This document shows, one piece after another, positions 21,546 to 34,566 of a stretch of DNA of 64,000 nt. The notes under the pieces were generated by a model. That model had not been told where the DNA came from. It worked only from the letters and a program-made list of their open reading frames with translations, and did no database searches. Positions within the stretch are counted from its first letter, which is position 1. Every line of letters begins with the position of its first letter. Location of the stretch: positions 36,146,001-36,210,000 of the forward strand of contig OX638159.1 of NCBI GenBank assembly GCA_951804945.1, in the 5' to 3' direction. Made by a program: the position numbers and the translations under genes. This DNA comes from Podarcis cretensis (lineage: Eukaryota).

Positions 21546-23190
21546 TTGGACATTGCTGCAAAATAGCACAAGTCCTCGCACTGGCTCTCTTAAATTATAT
21601 TTTTTTAATCACACTGGTAGTCCTCTCATGGCATGAGAACTGTGGTGTCTCCTTCTCTGCTACAGCAGAATGGAAGAGAGTGACAATGGGGTGTTAAAGA
21701 AGTTTTGGTGGACAAACAGATCCCACTCATGTAATGCTGTCTCTTCTGTCTGGAGAGGGATGAAGGCTGTTTCCTTGCCCTCCTTTATTTCCTCCTGATA
21801 TCAAACCAATTCCTCAGTTGTCCTCAGATTAGTACAGTACTTAAATCCATTTAATTACCATGATGAATTACACAGCTGCCATTGATCTCCTTGTTCTTAC
21901 TCGCCCTGAGTACTAATGGGATGTTAATTTTGCCTTTTAAAAGTACAAAGTCTGATGTGGATTTTCTATTTACGCATGTTAATAGCTCTGTCAAAAGGAA
22001 TCCAGGACTGGCAGTACATGACTAATTGGCCAGTTTGTTTTACTGTCCTCCTTGGTGAGGCTGATAGCATTTCCCCACCCTCTGGCAGAATGCAAATCAA
22101 ATCTGCTATCAGCAGAAAAGGAAGGTCTGAATACTATTTAGCAGGGGCAAGGGTGGGGGAGAGAAGAGGAAGAAGATATAAGGGTTCGAACAGGAGCAGG
22201 AAAGCTGCTCCTATTATTGTTTGCAAGCAGTTCAGTCATTTGGGGAGGGGGGAGAGCTTAACAGGGGAGGGGCAGAGAAGGGATTTAATGAGCTGTGTTG
22301 AGCAGCGAAAGAATTACTGTGTAATTAACTCCCAGAAGATCTTATTGATGCTTCAGCAGTGAACCTGCAAGGGGGAGATGCTTCCATCTCCATCTGAATT
22401 AAACTTTAATTTGGTGTCAAAGGGCAATGGAAAGCCCTGAATTATAAAGCAAAGAAATCAATGAACTGTGTGAGGGAAAGGGTCACACAGCTCCCCACCT
22501 CAGCCCCCTTCCTGGCTCCTTTCCGCAGAGGTTGCCAATGGCCAATTTGGAGATAGAGCTATGCTTTTATGTTCATACTCGGAGGCCCTTTGCTGGAAGT
22601 ATTGACTTCTGCAGAAGTTCAGTTTTGAAGCGCCTAATTTACCATATGCTTCTTCTCTCCTGCATTCCTCGTCCATGTTGCCTCCCCCTTCAGACTCCTG
22701 ATAGCTCCAGCCAAGTCCTCTCCTGCCATCCTAGGTAAGAATGCATGTTTGTCCTTTATCCTAATGAGCATCCTTCAATCCTGAAATGTGAATCTAAACT
22801 GACTGGGCCAAGGGGTCCTGAAGGATTGCCATCTACCTCATGTAGCTAGAGTGGCATTGTGCCCAGCTTCATAGGGGAACAGTCCAACTGGTTCAAGTCC
22901 ATTTGAAAAATAAAGCACCCTAAGGGGGGAGAGCAGAAGGGACCTTGCCCATCAAAAGTTAGCACCGGGCAGCCAACACAGGGTCTTTACCCATTTAGGT
23001 GAAAAGTATTATATTTCTATTTAAATTATGGAAATTATTTTGAAATCTGAAACTATCCACATTAATTAACTTGTGCCCATTGTATACAAATATACAATGA
23101 CCTTTTGACCTGCATAAATGGCAATCATAGCCTGATTTGGAGTTCTCACTACTTGGGATCCCTTGTTGAAAACATGCTGGAGGCAACTAG

Positions 23191-23992
23191 GGGGGATATG
23201 TGTCAGCAGTGGATGTCAGGAATAAATCACATGGAGTAAGTGAAATTAACTCTTTATTGGAAGGAAACAAGGTCAGCTGAAGAGTGCCAGGCCTAATGGG
23301 CATAGCAACTCTTCACAGTAGGTTTTGCCCTTATTGTTGTGGAGGCTGAAGGTCCCCACCTTCCCACAGCGGCCTTAATCTTTTTCTCCTCCCCCGGGTA
23401 CAGTCGTACCGCTACTTATGTATCCCTCCAGATATGTAAACTTCGGGTTGTGAACATGGCAAACCCAGAAGTGTATACTTCCAGGTTTCACCGCATGCGC
23501 AGAAGCGCTCTATTGCACCACACATGTGCGCAGAAGCGGCGTCTCCGGATACAGACTTTTCAGGTTGCGGGCAGACCCCCGAAACGAATTATATTCATAT
23601 CCAGAGTGTCCACTGTATTTCCCAAGCTATCTGAGACTTCACCAGTGCAAATACCTGTGCTCCTCCCTCTTCACGCTTCTTCTGGGGGGGACTAGAGGGG
23701 AGGGGAGCTTGTCGCAGCAGCAGCAGCTTGAGTCACTCTGGCTTCTTCACCAGCCTGACTCATCTCTGCCTCTTGGCCTCCCTCCTCTTCTGCTTCAGCT
23801 TCTAATTCTGGACTTCTCTCTGCCACAAACTCTCCCCACTCACTAAAATCTGTTACCTCTTCAGCTTCCCATACACCCTCCTCCCAGGCTTCTCCCTCTG
23901 ACCACCAATCCCTGGGCTCTGAGCCTTCTTCCCTTGAGGATTCCCCAGCTGGTACCTCCCACCATTCTTCTGTGTCCAGCCAGTCCATGACA
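23191..23992 (-). mobile_element. solo-LTR-like element (Gypsy/ERV type) containing a Tigger-like MITE
   Basis: Minus strand starts TGTCATG and has AATAAA near its end; candidate 5-bp TSD ACTAG/ACGAG; partial second copy at 31164-~31470. Confidence 0.55.
23401..23615. mobile_element. Tc1/mariner (Tigger-like) MITE, family B
   Basis: TA-CAGTCGTACC..GTGTCCACTG-TA; CGCATGCGCAGAAGCG core. Confidence 0.8.
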
Positions 23993-25981
23993 ACGAGATG
24001 CTATTGGCAAGTGACAGTATAAGAGATGTTATGGTCCAAAACATCTGGAGGACGCCATTCTCCCCTTCTCTGCGTTCTAGAATTCATTCTTGTAAATTGG
24101 ATTCTTCCAGCTAATAAGAGAATAATTTGTGGCCTTGGAGTGTGAATGCTTTTGAGAATGGGAGGCGACTGAAAGGGAGCCATTTTCCATTTCAGAAACC
24201 ATTTCAGACAGTGCTAGTGAGCATAAATTAGAGTCCTCTTCAATGAACATCTATTAGAGAAACGTTGAGTTTCCAGCTCAGCTAGCGAGAAGTGCCAATG
24301 GGTTTGGTATTAAGATCGGGAAGGAAATTAATGTGAATGCACACAGATTTCAGCCAGCAGCAAGAAGATACATAACTGTATTTCCAAAGCGTTTACTTTA
24401 CGCAATCAAGCAAATTTGAAGATGTTTCCATTTGACAGGTCTTTTTAATTGCTCTTTTACTGAATGTGTCCGCGTAGGGTGAAGGAAGGTTACAAAGCAT
24501 TGTTCACAACAAACATTTCCCCACAGTTTACAGTCATCACTGGTTATCTACGGAGGTCGACACAACCTTACTGGGGGGGTTTTGTATCCATTTACAAACA
24601 CAAATCTTATGGTAATGAAACCAGCACGGAAGCCCAAATATTATGCCCCCACATATTTGTTTCAGGGATGGTTTCAGCTGCTTTGGAAAGTTTGGATTTG
24701 AAAGTTATCTAGTGAGAGACACACCACAAATTCACGTCTGCACATTGCTGCTAGTAATACCTAACAAGATGGGTCATTGTGAGTGCATGGAAGTAATTGT
24801 GTGCAGCTGGGGGGGGGGAGCAAAGAATCACACTAAAAAGCAAATTAGTGTAGCATGTTCACCATTTCTGTGTGGCCAATTGTAAACTTCCAGAAAACCA
24901 CATGCAGCTTTTCCCAGATGCCAAATGAAGAGGAACTAGAAGTGGGCATTATAATACAACTCAATTCTTGTTGTTACTTAGTGCTCTGCTGAATGGCCAG
25001 CGAAGAATTGCAACCTGATCCTAAGCATATATATTCCGTGGCAAGTTGCATTGGTTTCAGTGAGTTTAATCTCTCAAGTTAATATACTGCATTGAGAATC
25101 TCAACCTTGCCAACCAGTGCCACCTCTGTAGGGTTTTGCTCAGCTTCACATATTGCTTCCAATAACTTGGGGAGGGTCGATAATAACCAAGTTTGAATCC
25201 CTTGTAGGCTTCCTTTTCTTTACAAACTAATATACAGGGACATCAAAAAATTTCCAGACAGTATTGTGACAACCTTATTCAGGATATTCCCAAGGCGATA
25301 TACACCAGCTGGAATGTAATGGGGCACTGACAGCAATTTGAAGCTGCCCTATGGCAGGCCTCCTATAGATAATTGTTGTGCAAATGTCGTTTGGCTTCCC
25401 TGAAGGCATGAGTTGCCATTGAATGCTGTTCTCTCCACTGGCATGGAGGGGTGCAGTTTGCACTGCAGCTGCCCCACTCCAAGCAAATTAATTCTATTAT
25501 TCCCTTTACAGGCATGGCAAACTCAGCGAGGTTTAGAATTAAAATGGGTTTCATGCGAGGCACTGTTAATGCTTTAGTTTGTTTCTAGAACAGCAGAAAA
25601 GAGCACACACAAAACTCTGCAAGGGGTTTAAGGCGATAGCCAGTGTTGCATGAGATGACTTACCCTTCTGCCCCTCCACGCACCTGCAGCAGTAGAACCA
25701 CTGGGACTGGAAAACAGGACACATGTCCTGGTCCCCACCACCCTTTGGTCACCTCCAAATGCCAGTGCACCAACTGCAACCATCTGCAACTCTTTCAAAA
25801 AACAAGACCAGAACTTGCCTGTTTGTCAACTGTGAGGTGGAGACTTAGGGGGCCTGGTCTGCCTCCCAGCTCTCCAAAAGTGTTGGGTCTCCCACTCTGG
25901 GCTCTCCCAAGTGGCAGTGACCAGGTCACACTGAAGGACAGCCTGTACCTGCTTCCATTTCATTCCCTCCCTGCCTCCTCC

Positions 25982-25983
25982 GT

Positions 25984-26043
<60 letters not shown>
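25982..26043. repeat. compound (GT)n(GA)n microsatellite
   Basis: Seen directly. Confidence 0.95.
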
Positions 26044-26046
<3 letters not shown>

Positions 26047-26066
26047 AGTAGAGAGAGGATATTGAT

Positions 26067-26202
26067 CAGGCATAGGCAAACTCTGGCCCTCCAGATGTTT
26101 GGGACTACAATTCCCATCATCCCTGACCACTGGTCCTGTTAGCTAGGGATGATGGGAATTGTAGTCCCAAACACCTGGAGAGCTGGAGTTTGCCTATGCC
26201 TG
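26067..26202. mobile_element. palindromic hAT MITE; older relatives at ~17010-17135, ~31110-31580, ~51110-51238
   Basis: CAGGCATAGGCAAACT..AGTTTGCCTATGCCTG TIR; near-complete hairpin; TSD ATATTGAT/GTATTGAT. Confidence 0.9.
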
Positions 26203-27859
26203 GTATTGATGAAGACATGAAGAACTTTGATGATGATGATGCAGTGCCTCTCCGTCCTCCCAAGGTCTGAAGATGTGGTGGGTGGAGTGGACAACAGGAA
26301 GAAAGCCAGAGAGCAAGGAGAGAGAATGTGGCAGGATCTGCTGCAAAGAAACCAGGCAAGAGTAGAAGAAAGGAGCTGATCTTAGTGGGTGGCACAGGAG
26401 ACAGAAGCATGCATAAGAGTGCACTGCAAAAACTGTTATTTGTTTATTTGTTACATTTATACAGTGCACCAGGTCCTTCCTTCACCTGGTGCCTGCCTAC
26501 TTTATATCTTCACAACAGCCCTGTAAGGTAGGTTGGGATAAACATAGCGAGTGAACAAAAGGAGTGAGTATTTGAACCCAGATCTTCCAATCCTAGACCA
26601 ACACTCTAGGCATTATGCCACACTGGTTCCCGTAAATCCCTCTCTCTCTGTGTGAGTTTCAGTTCTGGGCACTCCTCCTTCATGGGCAGTGGGTTCTGTA
26701 AGTTTTTAAGAGGACACAAAATGCTTAGGAATTTGTGGCTGGAGTGCAGGAGGGCATAACACCAGCAGTGCCATTGAAAAAATGTTCAGTGCAGCACATC
26801 AGGAATTAAGTTCAAGCAAGGTTTACTATGCATCAGATAAACAGTCCGAATAGACTTCATTCAAATTGCTCTTTAAAATGTTGCTGCTGCTGCTGCTTTC
26901 CACCCCAACATGGTAGATATTGGTGCTTCGTGTGCATTCAATGAGAAGACACTCCTGCTGTTAGGACAGGAGTGAGTTCAAAAGGCTGGCACATTAAGCC
27001 ATAGGTATGCTCAGAGCATGAAGGTTCCATGCCACCCACAAAAAACCCTGGCATTTCTCCTTCTTCTCTTGTGTGGGCACATCCCCACCACGTGAAGAGT
27101 CTGTGCCTTCACCAAGCCTCATACCTTCTGCTTTCTAGACTCTGGCTGGTTCAGACGCCAGTCCTTTCAAAGGCTAGATCTCCCCGATAATCTTTGTTTT
27201 GGCTCCTCATCCTTTTGACATATCCTTTGGATTTGGCTTCAGGCACCTGACACATGATCTTCTGCTTTCCTGCCTGGCATCATTGTTCCTGTTTTAGTGT
27301 TGGCTGCTCCAAGTGCCTCTGCCTTTCTCATTCTGGCATTGGGTCTGAAAGGTGTGTCAAACCCTGGTGCTCATCCTAATCCTCCCCCTCCATTTTGTTG
27401 TGACCTACTTTTTGCCTTGGCAGCTCAGGCAAGCCAATGAGGACTTGCATTTCTCTGTATGTTGTCTACACATGTGTTGGATCACCTCTTCCTCCTCAAT
27501 AGCTTACTCTGTCTAGGCAGAACAGGTACTTTTGAAAAGCTGAGAAGGGAGAGGGAAGCTTCAATATTTCACCTCAGAGAAAACCACCCAAATGCCAATT
27601 TGTTTCTTGTTGCAATTGTTAAATATGTGTCCTGTCTTTTTACCAAATTGTGCTCAGAAAATATAGTGGGCAGAACCACAAGTCTGGCTTGAGATTCAGG
27701 CTTGGCTGCCTTGTTCAGATAAAGTGGCAGAGAAGTCCTCTCTCTCGCAACCCACCCTGATTTCCTATGAGATAAAATGATGTTATACTGCACTAGGTTT
27801 GGGCTATAGCTGAATAAGACTGTGGGGAGAGAAGGAAGATGCTAGAGGCATGTAGTCTA

Positions 27860-28452
27860 TGGCAAAGGCAGGAAATCTTTTCCATCAGGCCAGATCCTTA
27901 TCTTCCCACCCCCTACAAGGCCAAATTTGACAGGCGTTCAGGGCTACCCACCTCTCGATCACCTGACATCATTGTGATGTAAGGTGATGTTGTGCTTTGA
28001 AGCCCCGACTGCTGGGTCTTCAAAGGGCAGCATAAAGCTGTCTGAAGGCCCTTTTGAAATGTGGAGGTTTGAAGAGTAGCACGAGGTTGTTTGCAAAAGG
28101 GCTTTCAAACAGCTTCACATTGAGCTTTGGCTGTGCATGTCTGTTTTCAACAGGGAAACAGGTCTGCGCAGCCAAACTGAGCAGGATTTAACCCCGCCAC
28201 ACATCGACTAATGAGCAGTGGTTAAATCCTGCTGCTTTGGCTGCATACACCATTTACCAGCAGGGGAACTGGTGCATGCAGCCAATGCAGAATCAACCTT
28301 CCCACCAGCTGATGTCAGCCTCCCCCGCTGGAGTGAGATCAGCTGACTGGCAGGTGGGTGTAGGGTGTGGTTTTGGCTTTTTGAATGGCATCCTAGGCCT
28401 AATTTGACCTCCTTTGGTCCAAGATTAGTCCATGGGGTGAAGGTTTGGCACA
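27860..28452. mobile_element. old non-autonomous hAT-like element
   Basis: Shares motifs with the 5262 and 6680 copies; ends GAAGGTTTGGCACATG. Confidence 0.5.
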
Positions 28453-29604
28453 TGTATAGCAAGAAGGGAATAAGGAAGGGGATATAGAGTAAATAGGTGA
28501 AGTATGAAGCAGGTGTAGAGGAAGCTAAACCCATGTAAAAGAAAGCTATAGCAGGACCCCTGGGAAGCTCAGAGAAAGGGCTTGTGTGATGTAGTGGTTA
28601 GAGTGTCAGACTAGCACTGGAGAAATCTAGGCTCCTATCCCCAGCCATCTTTTAGCTTGACCTACCTTGCCAGGTGTTTGCAAAGACAAAATGGAGAAAC
28701 ACAACATATGCCAAATTGAACTTCTTGGATAAAAGGCAGGATATAAATAAATGAAGAGGACTGAACAGAGATCAAGGGAGAGTAGGGGGCAGAGGCCTTA
28801 GTGGACAGGTAGAATCATAGAACTGTAGAGTTGGAAAGAAGTCTGAGGACCATCTAGTCCAATTCAGGAATCTCAGCTGAAGCATCCATGATGGAAGGCG
28901 ATACAACTATAGGCATCCCCAACATTTGACAAGCCTTTCACTGGCTGCAAATGAAATTACTGGGGGTTCTTTGTTCTGCCCGCAGTTCCATCCCCAAGAA
29001 AATTAATAAGCTCCAAAGCTTTTCACTCGGTGCCTGTCAAGATATTGAAAAACAGCCAACGTTGCCGAGCCAGAAAACCCCTCCCAAATAGCTTTAGTTC
29101 GAAACAATTAACATCTCGAGTTTATCTTCTCTTTCAGAAAATGGCTAAAAAGGTATTTAAAGCCAACAATGTCGCATTCATCAACAAGAGCTCACCAGGA
29201 CTCATCAGGAGCCTTTGCCAGTACACGTTCTTTCGGCGGATGGCAACAGTAGCAAGGCACCGAGTCCTGGGATGAAAAAGCATTCAGCAGTTCTTGCATA
29301 AAAATAGTCAATGGAAGGAGGTTGTCATTGCGAACAGAAAAGGAATAAGCCTGGCTCCAGCAGCATTTGCCCAAAGTCTATCATTCAGTGGGTCAATGCC
29401 ACCCAAAACAGGTTCTCTTTCTTCCAAAATGTGTGGTTAATCATCCTTGCGCTTGAATGTTTAGTACAAGAGAAGCAGGAGGAAGATGTTTGCATGTGTA
29501 CTGGATCATACAGAAATGCCCCTGAAAGTGAAAAGAGGCTGAACAAGTCAAAGTTGAGCACATTCATGCAGCGGTGGCTGCCTTGGATGCAGTGGCACTC
29601 TCCC

Positions 29605-29907
29605 AGCACTGGGGTTGTCTTATACGCTGGGTATGGGTGGCGGGCTCCGCGCCGGGAGAAAGCCGGGTGGTGGGCTCCACACCGGGAGAAAGCTGCCCGG
29701 TGCAGAGCCCGTCCCCCACTGCTTCAGAAGCAGCAGCAGCAGGCGGCGGGCTCTATTCTGCGCCAGGTGGCTTTCTCCTGGACAGAGCTGCGCAGCGTAT
29801 TAGGCAACTGGGTTTATAAGACAAACCCCCAAATTGAAGCTGCCAATTTGGGGGGGGGGGGTTCGTCTAATATGCCCAGTCGCCTAATACACCGGAATCT
29901 ACAGTAG
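29605..29907. mobile_element. partial Tc2/pogo-like MITE, CpG-rich
   Basis: GTCTTATAC / CGTCTAATA / CGCCTAATAC subterminal repeats ending ..TACAGTA; internal 28-bp duplication at 29636-29693. Confidence 0.55.
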
Positions 29908-31163
29908 AATAGGAAAGATACCTACACATAGATCAATAGTTTCTGTACTAAGAAATGCAAGCTGAAAGCTATCTACCAAGCAAACTACACTTTCGTACCT
30001 TCAGGGTCCCATTGGGGATGGTGTTGATGTTTGTTTTGTGTTTGCTACCAGTGTTGACTGGCTGTTTGTCATGGGGTGGGCAGTGGTCCCACCTCCACTG
30101 CCAATACAAAGCTGCCACCACACCAACCTTGCTGGCGCATTGTCTCTCCCCTGGCACTGCTGCTGTGAGGGTGTCACTCACCCCATTCCTACCCCCTCTC
30201 ACACTACATCTGCATCCCATTTTTGGCTCTGACCAAAAGGGAGTGGTCTCCAACTCCCTTTTCTGATGGGTCAATGTCCCATCTTAGTTCTTCCACCCTC
30301 CATTCTTCCACAGCCAGGAAACATGGGCAGCATTTTTGAAGATGAGGGTTCTTCAAGACCTTCCTTTTCGGAAGTCCCACAAGCAACACAGAGGGCATGG
30401 AATTATGAACAGCGCTGGCAGATTTCAGCAGACTGTTTCAGTTGCTGTCATGAAGGAGTCAGAATGAATAGTCCTCTCCAGTAATGAATCTAAATCAGGA
30501 ATGTATGAAAAATATGTTACCTCTTTTGTCTCAAGGAAATATGCTAACTCACCACACAAGGAAAGCAAGAGACATCTGCCAACCTCCTGGGGGGGGGGGG
30601 AGAATCATTAGCATATAAACAGGCCTAAGTCTAACAAGGACATCTTCTGAAAGGTATTATGGAAAGCAGGAAGTGTGCTGGAAGCCTATAACACACCTAT
30701 CTGCATTCAAAGGGAATCTTTGAAGTTCTGCATATTAATTGAAAGGAAATTGGAAAGCTTACATCAAGGAATGCTGGGCTTTATTATATCTTGGCTACAA
30801 CAACTAATTATGTAGAAATAGGAAAGGAAGCTTATTCAAAAGTATTATTGTTATTTAATTTCATAGTAATTAACAACAGGACTAGAGTTTGGTGGTGCAG
30901 CACGTGCAGGGAGCCTCAAGTTTAATCCTTGCTCCTTCCAGTTCAAAAGATCTTATGGTGGTGACCAACTAGGTTTTACTCGAAGCAGACCCGCTGAAAT
31001 TAAAGAACACAACTAAGGTTCATTGAGGTCAATGGGTTTATGCTCTCAGAAAAATTTAGTTGAATGATACCCATGGGTTGCAAAAGATAAGGGAAAGTTG
31101 CTGCTGTTTGGGATAGACCATCCTTCTCCACCTGGCTCCCCTCCAAATGTTTTGGACCTCAGT

Positions 31164-31470
31164 TGTTGGAGACAGACAGTGTCAGGAGCAGGTCAGCAAT
31201 AAATCACACTGGTGTCAGCAAAGTTAACTCTTTATTCGAGGAAACAAGGTTGACTCAGGAGGCTAAGTCTGGTGAGCACAGCAACTTGTCCTGGTAGATC
31301 TTGCTCCTAGGAGGCAGTTGTGGGGGCTGAAGGTCCCCGTTTTCCCACAGTTCCCTACATCATCTCCTCTCCTCCCCTGAGAGGAGTCTCAGATTCCTTA
31401 GGACTTTGGACTTCCTTAGGACTTAGAACGACTTTGTTGTCGTTCCTGTCCTTGCTCCTCCCTCTTCATA
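31164..31470 (-). mobile_element. partial copy of the LTR-like element at 23191
   Basis: Shared aataaatcaca..ttaactctttatt..ggaaacaagg..ggctgaaggtcccc..ttcccacag. Confidence 0.6.
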
Positions 31471-31954
31471 CAACCACACACTAAAAAAAAACACCTTGAT
31501 CCACCATGGTGATGCTGGCTAGGAAGAATGGGAGGTATAGTTTGAAACAAGTGAGGACCATAGGTTGGGAAAAGCTGGAATAAACAATGCTGCACTAAAT
31601 GAGCCAGTGTAACTTTATGGTGAAAAACATGGAACTGCTCTGGTTTAAACTGGCCTCTTAATTAGGAGCTCAACTGATTACAGAGTAGTTAGATTGACCA
31701 AAAATATATATGATGTAATGGAAAATTAGGTTGTTTACAAGATTCTTTGGACTGAGCAGGCAATTCTGGCTTAAGGAATGCTTGCTTGATCTTCTTGGAG
31801 ATAATTATAGTGAAGATAACAAGGAGTACTGATAAAATACAATGAACTGGAAGACCATGCTTAGGGCTTTGGGGTCGAAAATCATTTTGAATGTGTGAGA
31901 GAGAGCGACACCCCCAAAGCATCAAAAACATCAATTGTCCTGAATGCACACTGA

Positions 31955-32545
31955 TTAATTATTTATTATTTATTATTATTACATTTCTATATGGTCCTTC
32001 ACGCGAGGATCACAGGGCAGTTTACAATATAAAACACCAAAATACATACCATAATAACAAAAAAATCAATACCTCGCTGCCCCCCCCTCCCCCAGTTTAA
32101 AAGGCTATAGATTGTTTAATTAGCCAAAGGCATGGGAGAAGAGGAATGTTTTTGCCTGGCGCTTAAAGATGCATAATGAAGGCTGAGCCTCCCTGGGGAG
32201 AGCATTCCACAAATGGGGAGGCACCACAGAAAAGGCCCGTTCTTATGTTGCTACTCTCTAGAGGAGGCACACGAAGAAGGACCTCAGGTGATGATTTCAG
32301 GGTCTAGGTTGGTTCACATGGAGAGAGATGGTCCTTGAGGTCTTGTGGTCCTGAGCCATTTAAAGCTTTACAGGTCAGAACCAGCATTTTGAATTGGGCC
32401 TGGAAACTAATTGGCAGTCAATGCAGTTGGGCCAGGATTGCCGTTATTTGCCCAAACCATCTTGCCCCGGTGAGCAACCTGGCCGCTGAATTCTGCACCA
32501 GCTAAAGTTTTCAAGCTATCTTCAGAGACAGCCCTGTCTAGAGGT
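31955..32545 (-). mobile_element. L2 LINE 3' fragment
   Basis: (TTA)n tail; accagcattttgaattgggcctggaaactaattggcagtca is the reverse of the L2 HWLPI.F.AQFK motif; homologous to the 13250-14330 copy. Confidence 0.8.
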
Positions 32546-32846
32546 GCTCTTTTTTTCAGTCAGCAGGGCTGTGTACAGCGAGACTGTGTACACCCCATAC
32601 ATTTAAAGCACATTCCTTTGCCAAAGAATCCTGGGAGCTGTTGTTTGCTAAGGGTGTTGGTAGTGGTAGTTCTAGGAGGGATACACTAGAATTCCCAGGA
32701 TTCTTTGCAGGAAGTCATGTGCGTTAGTTAAATGTATGGTGTGAACACAGGCTGGATGCAACTCTCAGGCTTCCCTTCCTGTGGATGTCGGGGATTGAAC
32801 CTGGGACCATTTCCATGCAATGAATACACTCTACCATTATGCTTTA

Positions 32847-33221
32847 GAGGAGTGGGTGGCGCTGTGGTCTAAACCACTGAGCTTCTTGGGCTTGCTGATC
32901 GAAAGGTCAGCAGTTCGAATCCCCATGAGGTAGTGAGCTCCTGTTGCTCTGTCTCAGCTCCTGCCAACTTAGCAGTTCAAAAGCACACCAGTGCAAGTAG
33001 ATAAATGGGTACCACTGTGGTGGGAAGCTAAACGGTTTTCCGTGCACTCTGGTTTCCGTCACGGTGTTCCGTTGCATCAGAAGCGGTTTAGTTATGCTGT
33101 CCACATGTCCCAGAAAGCTGTCTGTGGACAAACGCCGGCTCCCTCGGCCTGAAAGCGAGATGAGCGCCACACCTTTGACTGGACTTAACCATCTAGAAGT
33201 CCTTTACCTTTACCTTTTTAC
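32847..33221 (+). mobile_element. Sauria SINE subtype B, inserted in a reversed tRNA-derived SINE (~32770-33245)
   Basis: Body as in the 19051 copy; ATTATGCT duplicated at 32836-32843 and 33223-33230. Confidence 0.9.
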
Positions 33222-34566
33222 TATTATGCTATGGCTCTTTCCATCTCCTTATACAGCCATCTCCCCATTTTGCCCCAACCAACACCTGGTACTCTGATCT
33301 ATGCAGCCTCTGGGTAGGGAGATTCCATTTAAGGGTGGCACCTCATAGCTTGTGCAACAGGCAAACGGTATGATCCAGGTCGTGTATTTAAGTCTGTTTA
33401 GCCTGATGCTGCTGATACCATGTAGCCATTTTACAGAAAAGAAAAACACCCAGGCTCTTGCATATGATTTAAGTGACCGGCACCAGTCTGGCCTTTTTAT
33501 CATGCCGAAGCCGGGTTTCTCCCCTGCAACTAGTGATAGTGCTGCTGGAAGGCAGAAGAGAAAGAAGTGATTGTAATCATCATCATTATTTTTTTAAGTA
33601 GACCCAGAGGACAAGAATAGTCATGTAACTCTGAAATTGCTGTTTACCAGGGAATGGAAAGTAAAACAATGCAAGGAATGCTGAAAGCATAAAAAATATG
33701 TGTGGCCTGATCCGCTTCTCATAGCCTGAACAAAAGAAAGACTCTGGATGGCTCCGAGAGCGGCCGCATACACACCATACATTTAAAGAGCATGTGAAAC
33801 CTGAGGTGCCAAGCATTCACCCACCTCATATACAAAAGGTATAATAATGGCGGACTACTCTCAGTGTTTGTAGCTCTCTTCCAGGTGTGGCTACTTTTTG
33901 GTTCATGCTCCTGAACCCAGAGAAATGAGCACAGCCATGTGCATTTTCTCTTCAAGATCTCAGCTCACATGCTAGGTGGGTGGCGTGTCTCCCATGAGAC
34001 AGCCCTCTCTGGCATCGGCTGGAGAGTTTGGCCCCTGTAGCAATAGTTCCATTCATTATGCACACTCCTTCAAACCATGCAATTTTACACACCCTTTTAT
34101 GGAGTAATAAAGCATCCAGAAACAGTGAATGTGCATGCACCCTAAACGTTTATAAGGAGAATCCATGATAACAAATTGCTAGGAAGCCCTGAGGCTGACA
34201 CTGTAAATTATTTCTGTATCTATGCTCCTATAATCAGGCTGTAACTGTAAAATTCTGGGGGAAATTAAGATACCGAACTTCTGTGTATAACACACTGGAA
34301 GCAGGCAGTTAAGACTACCTAGCACAATTGCTATTGAGCTATCTTCTCAATGCAAGTCTTTTTTTAAAAAAAGGCAGTTTTCCAAAAGGAAAGCAAAAGT
34401 ACAATCTTATACCCACAGTTTTGCCACCCGAGTAAACAGCTGGCAAGGAAAGAGTTAAGCACCCCTTTCAGCCCCCCTTCTTCATTCAAGAACCCAGCCT
34501 CCCAAGGGCGCTTTTTCCTGGGTGAGAGGAAATGTTGGGGGTGGGGGAAGCACCCAGCTCTACATT

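Noticed and set aside
29311-29907. 198-aa ORF with apparent CpG island
   Set aside because: The GC/CpG-rich half is a partial Tc2-like MITE; no domain similarity evident; too short for a convincing promoter island.
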